DNA of 64,000 nucleotides. Origin: Candidatus Omnitrophota bacterium (GTDB taxonomy: Bacteria; Omnitrophota; Gorgyraeia; Zapsychrales; Fredricksoniimonadaceae). The notes beneath the pieces were generated by a model that saw only the letters and a program-made list of their open reading frames with translations, was not told where the DNA came from and did not search any database. Positions 1-11,900 of the stretch are shown here, one piece after another. How positions within the stretch are numbered: position 1 is the stretch's first letter; the number at the start of each line of letters is the position of its first letter. The translations under genes and the position numbers were made by a program. Location of the stretch: the NCBI GenBank assembly GCA_903908245.1, contig CAIVRE010000009.1:677-64676 (forward strand), given 5' to 3'.

Positions 1-58
1 TAATGCCATTGAGAAGGAGCCCGTATTCAATAATGGTGTCTTTTAATTTACGATTCAT
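1..58 (-). CDS. 5' end of a gene that continues past the left edge (MNRKLKDTIIEYGLLLNGI...); possibly the next gene of the pst phosphate-transport cluster
   Basis: Manual minus-strand translation from ATG (revcomp of 56-58) stays open to position 1; it lies downstream of pstS on the same strand. Confidence 0.3.
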   Translation of the reverse strand, partial: MNRKLKDTIIEYGLLLNGI

Positions 59-185
59 AATTTTAGCATGACGAGAATGTATTATACACAAAACGGGAAC
101 CCGAACAATTATCTGAGGGCATATTAGAAAATAAGGGCAGGCCGTAGCGCAAGCCTGCCCTTATCTGATACTTAATTATTAACGA

Positions 186-1055
186 TCACAGACCAAGAGC
201 AGCATTTGCATCCGCATACTCTTTCGGGATTTCATAAAAACCCTGCTCTTCAACGATCTTTTGACCTTCAGGGCTCAATTCGAACTGAATGAACTCCTTG
301 ACCATTCCGGACGGAGTCCCGCTGACATACTGGTACAAAGGACGGGCGATCGGGTACTTGCCAGACATGACCGAAGCTTTATCAGTCGGATTGACCGCGA
401 TACCGTCTTTCGTCATCTTGATCTCAAGCAAAGTAACACCGGTAGCTTCTTTGGCATAACCGATACCAATATACCCGATAGCGGAAGGATCCGCCTTGAC
501 CGCTTCCACGATCTGGGAATTGCCATTCATGGCATTCATCTTCGGAGAATAATCCCCCTTCAATACCATTTCCTGCATGAAAGAATAGGTACCGGAATTT
601 GACTGGCGGCCATAAAGGTTGATTGGCATATTCGAACCGCCGACCTCCGACCAGTTGGTGATCTTGCCGCGATAGATCGCGCCGACCTGGTCCTTGGTCA
701 ACTCTTTAATAGGATTACCGGAATTAACAACAATGGTGACCGCGTCATAGGCGATCACAATACGACTGGGATTCACCCCGTTCGCCACCGCCATATCAAC
801 TTCCTTGGCTGAGATCGCGCGGGAAGCGTCAGCAATATCGCAACGCTTGTTAATAAGCGCCGCAATGCCTGTCCCGGAACCGCCGCCGGTCACCGAGATC
901 TTAGCTCCCGGATTCTGTTGCATGAACACCTCGGCCTCTTTCTGAGCGAGGTTGATAATGGTATCCGACCCCTTAACCTGGATCATAGCCGCGGAAGCGA
1001 TACCCGCGAAAGACATCCCTGCCAACACCAAACCGACAACTTTCAACACTTTCAT
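186..1055 (-). CDS. pstS: Phosphate ABC transporter substrate-binding protein PstS (PBP-like)
   Basis: 289 aa with N-terminal signal peptide; ISVTGGGSGTGIAAL..KRCDIADASR and YIGIGY motifs are typical of the PstS/PBP_like_2 family. Confidence 0.85.
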   Translation of the reverse strand: MKVLKVVGLVLAGMSFAGIASAAMIQVKGSDTIINLAQKEAEVFMQQNPGAKISVTGGGSGTGIAALINKRCDIADASRAISAKEVDMAVANGVNPSRIVIAYDAVTIVVNSGNPIKELTKDQVGAIYRGKITNWSEVGGSNMPINLYGRQSNSGTYSFMQEMVLKGDYSPKMNAMNGNSQIVEAVKADPSAIGYIGIGYAKEATGVTLLEIKMTKDGIAVNPTDKASVMSGKYPIARPLYQYVSGTPSGMVKEFIQFELSPEGQKIVEEQGFYEIPKEYADANAALGL

Positions 1056-1130
1056 ATATTCTCCTTAATGTTGTTTTAAAATACCTGCCGGAGCGGCCTC
1101 TCAGGGCCGCCCCATGCAGAAAAGAACGAT

Positions 1131-2405
1131 TTAGAACTTCAAGTTCCAGTCAACCTGCAGAACCTGCTGCGGATTGGTAGTCGTTAACCCGGTGGGATAG
1201 GTCAATGACTGAGCATAATAATAATCCAGGGCAAGGCTCGTATTCTTGCCGAGGCCATACTCCAGAATCCCTTCCCAGCTCTTCATGTTCGTCTTGCCAT
1301 TGTAACGATCTGAATCCGGAAAGTTGTCCAGGAACGCATCCCGGCCGAGACGGGCATAGATCAACTTGCCCTGCCACTGCCCTTTTGCCCCAACCTTCTT
1401 GTCGCCGAACTTAAAGCCGGCATCCCAACCATCACGGCCACTATTACCTTTGGCCATGCTGGTGTTACAGATATAGTCTCCGGAAAGAGCGATGTACGGC
1501 AGGAACGTATCCCCAAACAGATTATTGAAAGACAACTCCGCGCTGGGGTTTACAGCATTATAGTTATAAACATATTTACCACCGACGATCGTATTGGTGC
1601 TTTTCGTCGAAGCAAAAGTCGCACGATTCCCGATATTATTATTTTGATAATACGTTACGGCAGCATTCAGCCCTATCGCATCGGAGACTGCCAGATTAAA
1701 ACCTGGCTGAACTGCCAGCATAAGAGGATCAGAATAATCTGCAGTACGACTCTCATACATCACAAACAACATGCTGTTCATGTAAGCGTCAATCCCCGGG
1801 GCTACGCTATAATTCAACTGCGCTGCCAAGCCATCGGGATTAAGATCGGTATCCCAAATCATATCATTGGGCTGCCAAAGAGGATTTTTGAATTTACCAG
1901 CTGTTAATGTCACTTCAGGAACAGGCTTATATTGACCATAAGCATAATCCAGATCCAGAGCAGAAGTTCCTCCAGGAACATTCGCGGTGCCAGAGCTGCC
2001 CCACGTTGAGTTAGTGGAACGAGGATCCCCGGTATTTCCAGAAGCGATCCCAACTCCAACCATCATCTGGTCATTAGGCTTGGCCTCAAGCCCTAACCTC
2101 ATGCGTAAACGTCCACGGTTCTCGTTCTTTTGGTTCTTATCAACATCCAATTGATAGCGGGCACGCATATCACCCTTGAGCTTGACAGTCTGCACCCAAC
2201 TCGGTACTGCATCATTAGTCCCCTTGGCATTCTGCTTGGCAACATCCTGCTTGGTTTCATCCAAAAGGATCTGAGCTTCATTCGGTGATAAAATACCTTT
2301 CTCTACCAACTTCTGAACAAGGAGATCGGTCTCCCCTGCTCGCGCCAGCCCGGGACATGCCACCAGGCATACCGCTGTGATGATCAAAAAAACCTTTCTC
2401 AACAT
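1131..2405 (-). CDS. Outer-membrane beta-barrel porin, probably phosphate-selective (OprO/OprP-like)
   Basis: 424 aa; signal peptide, N-terminal helical extension, alternating hydrophobic pattern rich in aromatic and Gly residues, C-terminal ...WNLKF ending in Phe; directly upstream of pstS. Confidence 0.55.
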   Translation of the reverse strand: MLRKVFLIITAVCLVACPGLARAGETDLLVQKLVEKGILSPNEAQILLDETKQDVAKQNAKGTNDAVPSWVQTVKLKGDMRARYQLDVDKNQKNENRGRLRMRLGLEAKPNDQMMVGVGIASGNTGDPRSTNSTWGSSGTANVPGGTSALDLDYAYGQYKPVPEVTLTAGKFKNPLWQPNDMIWDTDLNPDGLAAQLNYSVAPGIDAYMNSMLFVMYESRTADYSDPLMLAVQPGFNLAVSDAIGLNAAVTYYQNNNIGNRATFASTKSTNTIVGGKYVYNYNAVNPSAELSFNNLFGDTFLPYIALSGDYICNTSMAKGNSGRDGWDAGFKFGDKKVGAKGQWQGKLIYARLGRDAFLDNFPDSDRYNGKTNMKSWEGILEYGLGKNTSLALDYYYAQSLTYPTGLTTTNPQQVLQVDWNLKF

Positions 2406-2780
2406 ACTACCTCCCTTGTTTTTGGTTTATTAATTAGCGTAAGTGTAACGATTGATTATTAAGGCAATATTAAGGAAAGATTAAGTGATCATAAACGAAA
2501 CAAATGTTACCGACGATCCATTAACGTAAGGTCGATCCGGATAAGATCAAGATCGGGAGAATAACGATGACCCTCTGTGCGCGAGCGATCTGTCACGCGA
2601 TCAATGGACCGATTAAAATGCCTTGTCGAGACCATCTCGCGTTCGAAAAACCTGTTGATCCTGCTTTTGATCGTTCTGTTTGTCTCCATAAGTGCCTCCT
2701 TTCTGGATTAAGTTTAATCACAAGATATAAAATGCGTGTGAAGGCGGCGTGAAGTGTTTATTAAGGAGAATACGCCCTGT

Positions 2781-2978
2781 TCAGGGTGTAACAAAAAAAG
2801 CCGAAAACTCAACAGGATCCATAAATGGCTGCAGGCTGATGATCTGGATGTCGAACCCCCGGAATAACTGAAGAGCCTGGGATGCGCGCATCGGCGAGAG
2901 ATGATCCAGGTCCCCGGAGACCCCATGATCCGGCTCAAAACGGATCTTGCGGGCCGTATCCGAAAGATCAACGCCGCC
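2781..2978 (-). other. Conserved C-terminal family module (~65 aa) of giant protein A
   Basis: GGVDLSD...L..LQ.F.GF...I.SLQPF is similar to the GGIDL...FNID..L..LQD..GFSPVI..I.P tails of the other three paralogs. Confidence 0.6.
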
Positions 2979-5900
2979 ATTCTCGTTTTGCGCGGCATTA
3001 TCCTGCGATGGATTATTGATCATTGCCAACCGTGAAAGGATCTGCTTGCGCAACGGGGTCATCCTAAAATTCTTTCTGGCGGAGATCTGACCGTATAAAC
3101 TTCTAAGCTGCTTCATATATACTGCGGGGTCAATAAATTCTTTTGCAGCACGCAATACTTCGATCTTCTTTTGGATCGCCTCAACCTCGGTTGCATACTG
3201 AAGATATTGCTGCGCCAGACCCGCGAGGACCGGGTCGCTTTCGGATGCCCGCCCGGAAACTTTCTTCGCAAACTCTTCTGTCCGCACAAAAACCTGACTA
3301 TTGACCTTTCGGATCTGTTTCCTGTGCATTTCAGGGATACTGGCCCCTTTTTCACCGCGTAATCCCTCGGCCATCTTTGTCAACACCCCGATCTCCGTCG
3401 CATATTCAGAATATTCTTGTGTCAGGCCCGAAACGACCGGATCATCCTTTGATCCCTGCCCCGCCGGAAGTTCTTCCTCCTGTTCAGACACCTTCACTTC
3501 CCCTCCCTGCGGCACACTCTCTGCCACAACAATGGGCTCTGCATTAGGGCCCACAACTTCCAATATCGGTCGTTTTTCGGGCAACGGCACCCCCGACAAC
3601 CATGGAAGGGACGTGGGGGATCCCCCCGCACCCAGGCCCAACAACCTGTTAACGGCCTCCACGTCCTGCGTTCCATTAATATGGATCAGCAATGCATCCC
3701 CCGGGTACGGCAGGGCAGCGTTAACCGTAAGGCTGTCCGGCACATTGCGCCTCTTGGCCTGGGAAAGCATTAGATAGAACGACCGGAAAAGATCAAAGGC
3801 GTCTGCCCTCTCACCCTCCTCATAATTATTTTGAATATCTGCCCATTCAGTCCGGATCTCGGGATAATCCTTGCTGATCTCACTTTCAGGTTTTACAAAA
3901 ACATTAAGGATATCATTAGTAAAATTAAGATACTTGAGCTGGCCGGCCAAACCCGTCTTTTTACCCAGTTGATCCAACAGATCGGTCACGGTCGCCACAA
4001 CCCTTGGCCCAAGGATCATAACGCCCGTTAATGCCGGGAACTGCTTCAACGTGTTATTCTTCAGATCATATTTCTCACGCAAATACTGTAATATTTTGCT
4101 GGGATGCACACTTTTCTCTTGATTTTCCTGCAACCGCCCAATATCCAGCTTCTCCAGGATCTCCCTGACGGGAGGCCGTGTCCGGGTAACATCAATATTA
4201 AGAAGGCCAAGGCCCTTTAACGCCTGCCCATCCACCCAATTGCCCAATAATCCGATATCCGTGCCCTCGAATCCCTGCATGGGGCCGAAATAGGCATCGC
4301 GGCTATAGATCAAAATGTGCCCGCCCCGTTCCGCCCCATGGCCAGGCCGCACCGGCTGCGAGGACGACTCGGAACACGGCCCGTTCATACACGCAGAAGT
4401 GCGATAACCGTTGATGACAGACCAGTCCAGGACACTGTCACTGCGCAACTCCCGGCTGCCGGCAAAAACAAACATCACTTTCAGATCACTCCACGGGATA
4501 CCCTTCAGATACGGATACCTGTCTGTAAAATCACTGTCCTGCAATCGGCTTTGAACAAACTGCACGGCCTCCAAATACGCATTCCCGCTTCCCTTTAATT
4601 GCGCAGGCAATACTTCAACCGGGACATCTTCCCTGAAAATACTTCCGCGACGGGAATCAACATACTGCTTAAGGCTGTCAACATCATCCGCATCCGGGTT
4701 CTCGGGAAGGATAACAAGCATGTCAATGCTTCTTTCATTCTCCGGCGCGATCTCCCAGCGCAGCTTCTTCATCCCGTCTTTCACGGCCAACTGAACACTA
4801 TTCTCATCGGAGCTGTTTAGCACACCAGCCGCAACCGATGCCCCCAACCTTCCACGCAGATCGGATACAAGTTTGTCGGTAACGCTCTTCATGGTCTTGC
4901 TCCACGACATTTGCATGATATTCGCATGCGGCACCCAGAAAATACCCATGCTGATCGCAACCGCCGCAATCCCTGCCAGAGATAACCCCATTGTCCCGGT
5001 CACACCGAACAAGACCATCACACCAAAGATCGTAAACCCGAAAGGCACTGAAAACAGCCGCAACCGGCTTATAAAACTGCGCATTTTATGATTATTCCGT
5101 GCCGTCAGCGACCCAAGGGAAGTTAAATTACTGGCATTCTTTATAACAGCCGACAATACACTTTTGCTCTGTTGCTCAATGTCCCCCGGATCCCCATAAA
5201 AAGACGGCATCAGGGTGTTGCCCTGCCGCAACAGGTCTGGCACCTCTTTCTTGATCTGTCGTTCAGACCTGGTCAACTGATAACTGTATAAAAGAGCCCA
5301 CCGCATAAATGGATAGATCTTGAAGCGCTCGGCCCAATGATCGTCCGCAAATTTATAATTCATTACTTTGTCTATGATCCCCCGATACTCCAGGATCCGC
5401 AAATACGTGGTGACATATTCCATCATTCGCGCCAGCGTCTCCGCATCGCCCAATAATTTCTGCTTCTGGTAATCATCCAAAGACGCATCATCCCTTTGAA
5501 GAAGATCATTCATGGCATTGATCGTGTCAATGGCCAGCAGATTAAAATGGCTCAACACCACCTGGTATCGTTCATTGAGGATCGGGTCGGACCCCTGCCT
5601 CAACATCAGTTCGGGAGTATACGGAGTCTTGCGAAGGATATCAAAAGCGCTGTTGAGAATAGCGTTAAGATCACTTAAAACAGCCTGCGGGCCTGGCTGA
5701 ACATGCCTCCATTGGGACACAAGAGTTCTCCAGCTCTGTAACGGCTTGATGACCGCCTCGTCAAGGCCCCTGTTCGGAATGATGACCACATCCGACGACA
5801 ATCCCTGGATATTAACCTTTCCATTCCCGTTGCCGCTTTCTGCAGCAAATTCCTGACGCAGCTCGCGGATCATGTCGCCGGTCTTGGCCATTTTTCTTAG

Positions 5901-8900
5901 GATATCTTTACGGATCTTCTTCGCGCCAACCCAGAAAAGAAGACCGCCGACCAGCGCCAGAACAAGTTGTGACGCCACGGTAAGCCTTGGAAAACCCTGA
6001 TCATTGCCGCTGATAACTCCGGAAAATTTATCCCTCAACCCGACAATGTCCCTGACCATATTGTTCGTTGTTTTATCTCCACGGGCACTTAACTGATCCA
6101 GATATTCATTCACTTCCTGCGGATCATTTGCAGATCCGATCCTTTGCTTTAACTCACGGATCAGGGCCTGTTCACGGGGCGTATAGGCTGCCTGGCCCGA
6201 TAACCAACGCATCTGATGATTTGCCCTCTCGGCGATCAGGTCCAACGCCAGACGCGTTGCTTCCACCTTGATCTGCTGCATACGAGGAGCCTCACCTCGC
6301 GGGTCGCTCGCCGCATGCAGTTCCGGCAGAGTATACGTTCCGAGACGGACGTTCAAAAGCCCTTTCTCACCGACGCGATCCGCCATCTTTTCCATGGCAT
6401 GCCTGTAAACATCATTAGAAGCCGGATTATCAACGGCCTGCACATCCGCACGCAAAATATCGACCCAATGACGGCTGTCCACCAGGTCTAAAAGCCCTTT
6501 ATCATTTGAACCGGCATAAACCTGCAACGCCATCATCCGTCCGAGAGCGGTCGTCATCAAACGGTCCAGGGCCATACCCCTCAGCGATGTCTGTGATCGA
6601 AGGATACGTGCGAGCTCGGGGATATTATTCGTCCGGGCGATCTGCCTCTTCTGATCCTCCAGGTTAAGTCCATTAAAATACGCCAACGACGACGTCCCCT
6701 GCCCCCCTGCCGCCGTAATGCCGCTTAAAAATGGATCCAACCCTGTTGCCGCACGACCATTCAATGAAACGAGTGTTCCCGCGGCGATCTTCGCCCTTTC
6801 GTATAATGCCGGTGCAATAAAATCCTTCATCTCTCTCCATCTTGGAGAAGTCATTAAAAACCGGCGGTCAGCGGAACTCCATTCCCGCAGCATCACCAAG
6901 GCACGAAGGTCCTTGTCAAAAACAACCGACGAAAGATTGGCGAATGGCCCGGGGTAAAAAACATCTTCCATATTGCCCAAAGCCTCGCGCCTCAGGATCT
7001 CGTCATAGATCAGGACGGCCAGGCCTTGCGGTACCGATCCCGCCTGGCCTTTAAGGGTGTTATAAGTTTGCGCCAACTGATCCGATGTCCAGTAATCACT
7101 CTGCAACAAGCGCGACCTGGCAACGGAATCTTCCGGCGCCCAGGAGAGGAAAGCCAACAAGGCACGACGGCCCGCACCTGACTGACCCTGTCCGGCCAAT
7201 TGCCCAACAGCACCGGGATCCTGGATGAGGATATCACTTAACATTTCAAAACCAACCCCTGCGACACCAGGTTTTCGCTGATCAATGGCCTTCTCGATCA
7301 CCTGCGTCAGGAACCGCACATCATGACCGTCCCGGTTGACCGCGAACTGCAAAAGATTTACCACCACTTCAGAGTAGGGCGAATTAAGAACGGCCTGTTC
7401 AATGCCGGACAGAGATCTCCGGTCATTCGAAAGCTCCTCTGTCAGGAGCTTCATCGCCTCTGCCCGGGCCCTGATATTGGAGTCCTGTGTCAGGATCCCT
7501 ACGGCGATATCGATCTGAGCTTGCCGTGGATCTCCGGCTTCCGGGTTACTCATCAAAGCCCATAAATTCGATCCGCTCTTCCCGTCCGAAACCCCCGGTA
7601 CGGGGTAGATCACTGCTCCGGCGGATAATACCCCGGGATCCTGACGCTTTGAATTCAGCCCCTGCTGCCCTGGACCGAAGCCGGACAGATCAAGGGTCAA
7701 TTGCCCTTCTCCAATATCTCCCGCGAACACACTGCCACCGGCAACGGCTGAAACAAGCTGTGGGGCGAACGCAGCCGCTCTTGTCCTCGACGGCCTCACC
7801 AGAGACTGGTCCTGTTTCATTACCTGGATCCGCCCCAAACGGGCCTCAGCCTTGAAATATTCCGCTTTAAGGTCGATCAGCCGTTCAAAGGCCTTTGCCA
7901 TCCGCTGATGCTCGTCGACCAGTTGATCTTTCCTGTAAAGATCCGGCCGTCCGGCTTTCTCCTGCCACGCGTTCAAGGCAGCCTTATGCTCGGCCTCTCC
8001 CTGTTCGATCTGACGGCTCAAGTCCCTGATCTCCGACACGGCTTTAGTGAATGCCTCACCAAGCTCTGCCTTGACGGTATCCAAATGAAGCTGGACCTTC
8101 GCCCTTTCCAAAAGCACGATCTCCTTGCGCGCATCCCTGCCGGAATCAAAGATAGGAAGTTCAAAATGTAGCGCCCCGTTGCCTCCTGTTGTCAAAGAAC
8201 TTGTCCTCATCTTTGACCCGGGAGAAAGATCATACAACGGATTGACCGCCTGCCCCTGGGATCCGGAAATGAAGAGCCCCGTCAGGTCCGCTGTCGGCAA
8301 ATATTCCGACCCCTGCAACTTGATCGTTTCTTCCACGGCAGCCCGGGCAACCTGCGCCCCCCGCAGCCGGTAATTGGGGCTGCCCTCTCCTGTCAATTGG
8401 TGCCGCAAGGACTCCTGTTGATCAGCGGCAATCGCCAGGAATTCTCCATCCCACAATAATTTCGGGGAAATATCCTCCTGCAATCTTTCAGCGGGCCGGC
8501 CCAGCATCTGGTTAAGCTCGATCGTCGATTGTTTCTTCTTGTTCTGCCAGCTCAACAGCTGCGCACGGAATTCGCCGGTCTGCTGGGCCAGAACATTAAG
8601 GTCAGAGGTAGTAGCAAAACCTCCCGCCTCCCTGGCCTTAAGCCCTTTTTGCGCCTCTTCCAGATCGGCAACCAGCGCCTGAAGCTGAACAATATGCTGT
8701 TGGGCACGTCCGATCTCAACGAACAGGGCCGTTGCATCGTTGACCTGTCCGGCAACCGCATCTTCCATATGATGCTGGGCGATCTGGGTCATTTTTAACG
8801 CCAGCGCTTTCTCTTTTAATTTCTTCCCTGAAACGACATCCATGATCTCGCCGGCCACACTAAATACAATCGGAGAAGCCGCGGCAATAGCATTACCGGT

Positions 8901-11900
8901 CGAAACACCGGCCATGACATCGTCAAAAACACCATTAAGCCCGCCGCTGAACGCCAGCTTGCCATTGTTGTTCACAAAAACACCGGCCTGTAAAGCCAGG
9001 CGGGAACTCCCCGACAAACGCTCCGACGCCTTGCTCTTAAGAACATCAATGGTCAACTCACCATTAAGAAAATTGTTCCCTGAGACCCGTGCAACCACCT
9101 CCGTAATATTCAAGTTCGCCGCGGGTTGAACAGGCAACCGCAGGAGAGCCTCCCCCATCTGCACAGGCAAAGGTTTAACCCCGGCCTCAGACGATCGAAA
9201 GACCAGCCGCGGATCCATTTGAGCCAGAACACCGTCTTGCTGTCTTGCAGTATTGATCCGGTCCTGTTCCGACTTCCCCAACGCTGCCAGAATAACGGGG
9301 CTTTCCGCCTCTGTCGGCACAATAATCTGAACCGGCAGGTTGACCCACAAAACGCCGTTCCTGTCTCCATCTACGATGACCGCGACAGCCTTGACAGGCC
9401 CGAGATCGATTTCCCGTCCCACAGGGGCCTCATTGACAGCAGATACCCTTCCCGCCAGGCGTTCACCGGACGGCGCCTGAACAAGAACGGGGTCTCCAAT
9501 TCCGAGCTTCACATCCTTCGGCAACAAGATAGCCGTATTCATATCATTAATATCACCGACCGTAACACGGCCTGTTCTTACCCTCAGAAGTTCGTCCCCT
9601 TTGGAGAATGATGACGAATGTTCCGAAAGGATCCCTGTAACAACGCCGCTTTCCGTCGCCACGACCCGAAGGCGGGATATCTGCCCCTGAAGCGTCAATA
9701 TCTGCGCCCGTAACGACGCCCTTCTGGCCTCTAACTCCGCCTCCTGGCCGCGAAGAGTATGCCGGACACCCGACCCATCCGGCCCGGCTTGCGCAAGCTG
9801 AGCCTGAATGCTGTTAAAAGCCTTGACCGCACCGCGATATTCCTCAAAGTATGATCCCTCCACAACCTCGGCGACTACCTGACCGGCCTCAACCCTGTCC
9901 CCCTCTTTAACAAAAAATTTTACAGGTCCGCGCGCGGGAGCTACCATGACCCGCTCTTCCAGCTTACGGACCATCGCAAGTGTCTGCGCCTGTCCACGAA
10001 CAGCATCAAAATTGGCCTGCGTCTTCAGCGGCGGAAATATTTCAGCCTCCACCTGAACCGTACTGTTCGGCGGGATCATCGAAGAAGTTGTAACAAGGAA
10101 CGAAACGATCGCCCCGGTCTTTTTCGGATTGAGCTGCCAATCAACGCTCACAATATTCTTGACCGGCTGGCCATCGATCCTGAAATTACGGATACGGCCA
10201 AAATATGTCTGAGTCACCGGGATCTCGATATTCAAACGAGCCCTTTGTCCGTAATAGTAACTGACGATATCCACACCCTTGTTCACCGTCATTCCATTAG
10301 CCACCAGAACCTCTTTAATGGAAAGGTCACACGGGGCTTTAACGGCTTCAACAGAACCCTTCTGATCAGCCTGGGCCAACTGCCTGCGAAGCTCATTGAT
10401 CCTTTCTTCCACCGGGGTGAGCTCTGCGACCGTCGCCCCGCCTTGAGCCTGCAGTCCCTTCAAAACCCTGTAGGTCCCTTCTTCGATAACCAACCGCCTG
10501 GCCAATCCTTCCCGTTGCTGCACTCTCTCAGGATCGATCAACGAAAAGATAATGTCTCCCTGCTTGTACTGTCCCTTGCTCTGGTCAAGGCCAAGGACAA
10601 TACCGCCAACCTGGGCCGTCAAACCAGCCTCGTCAAGGACAAGAGGGGTCTTCGCCGAGATCACATACGGCTTCACAAAGGCCATTTCTGCCTCGACCAT
10701 CTTGGCCACTCCGGCATCGGCATACTTTTGATCCGCAACACGGATAGCGGGTGACACCTCGACTGCGGGAGGATATTTGATCGGGACAGCCTTGGAGCTT
10801 GCCTCAGGAGCCGGAACAGCGGCAGGCACGAACAGTTTCTTGACGATCGTTCCATCCGATCGAGGATGAACATCGTGTTTTTCAACATTGTTCCCGCCAG
10901 GAAGGCCATATGACACAAAAGTGCCGGCCGGAAAGATCGTATAAATACCCTTACCTCCCTCATAACCTACCAGCAGCTTCGTGCTTTTCGTCAACGGGAT
11001 AAATCCCTGGATGTCAAGGTCCGCAACGATCGTCTCTTCTCCGGTCTCCCTGTTTATAAGAGTACCCGAAGCAACCGATCGCGTTTTGGTTCCCTGATGA
11101 AGTTCTGCATCCTGTCCTGGCTGCTCCAACACGATCGGTGTCACGCGCTCAACAATGGCGGGATGCGCCGGCCCAGGCAATGGATCATTACCGGTTATTG
11201 TACACCCGGAAGAAGTACACAATCCAGCCGACGCGGCGAGAACCAACAATAACTTTCTTGATACACCCTTTGGAAGCAAAGAGAACTTTAAACGAAAGAA
11301 ATTGCTGACCGGCAGGACTGTTTTACCAGAGAAGAACGAAACAGGCCGGAACTGGATCTTTTGCGCTGCATCTTCGAATGAAAACCCACCCGAAAAATAC
11401 CGCCTGGGCACTGCCTCCTGCTGACCGGGGTCATACTCCTCCCGGATCATGTCGTAAGCGCCCTGCTTGAGCGCCAGCATATACTGTTCATAGATACGCT
11501 GACTTGCGCCCCTGTCTTTTGTATCAATACCCGCTATTTTCTTCCGGCCAGCGTATATTTGATTAACAATATTGCTCTTAAGCTGGCGCTTGAACCAGAT
11601 CGCCAGTATCAATGCGTGATACATTTGACGCAACTGGGCGAACTGCGGGCCATCGTTCACTTCCCGTTCGATCTCCGGGATAATGATCTCGCGTGTGATC
11701 GTAGAGCACAATCCATTGATCTTTTCACGATCGCCGGCGGGTACCGCATTATCGGGGACGATCTTTTTCATGCTCAAATAGTCTTCATCGAGCAAAACTT
11801 TCAGACGGCTCCCGGAAATGAACGCAGCCCCATCTTTCTCATAAACAACAGCACTCTCGGGGATCACCCATACCTTGTTAACGGAATTCAGGGGGACATC

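Noticed and set aside
2590-2596. CTGTCAC resembling a Pho-box half-site upstream of the porin/pstS genes
   Set aside because: Only one 7-mer; no second direct repeat at the 11-bp spacing
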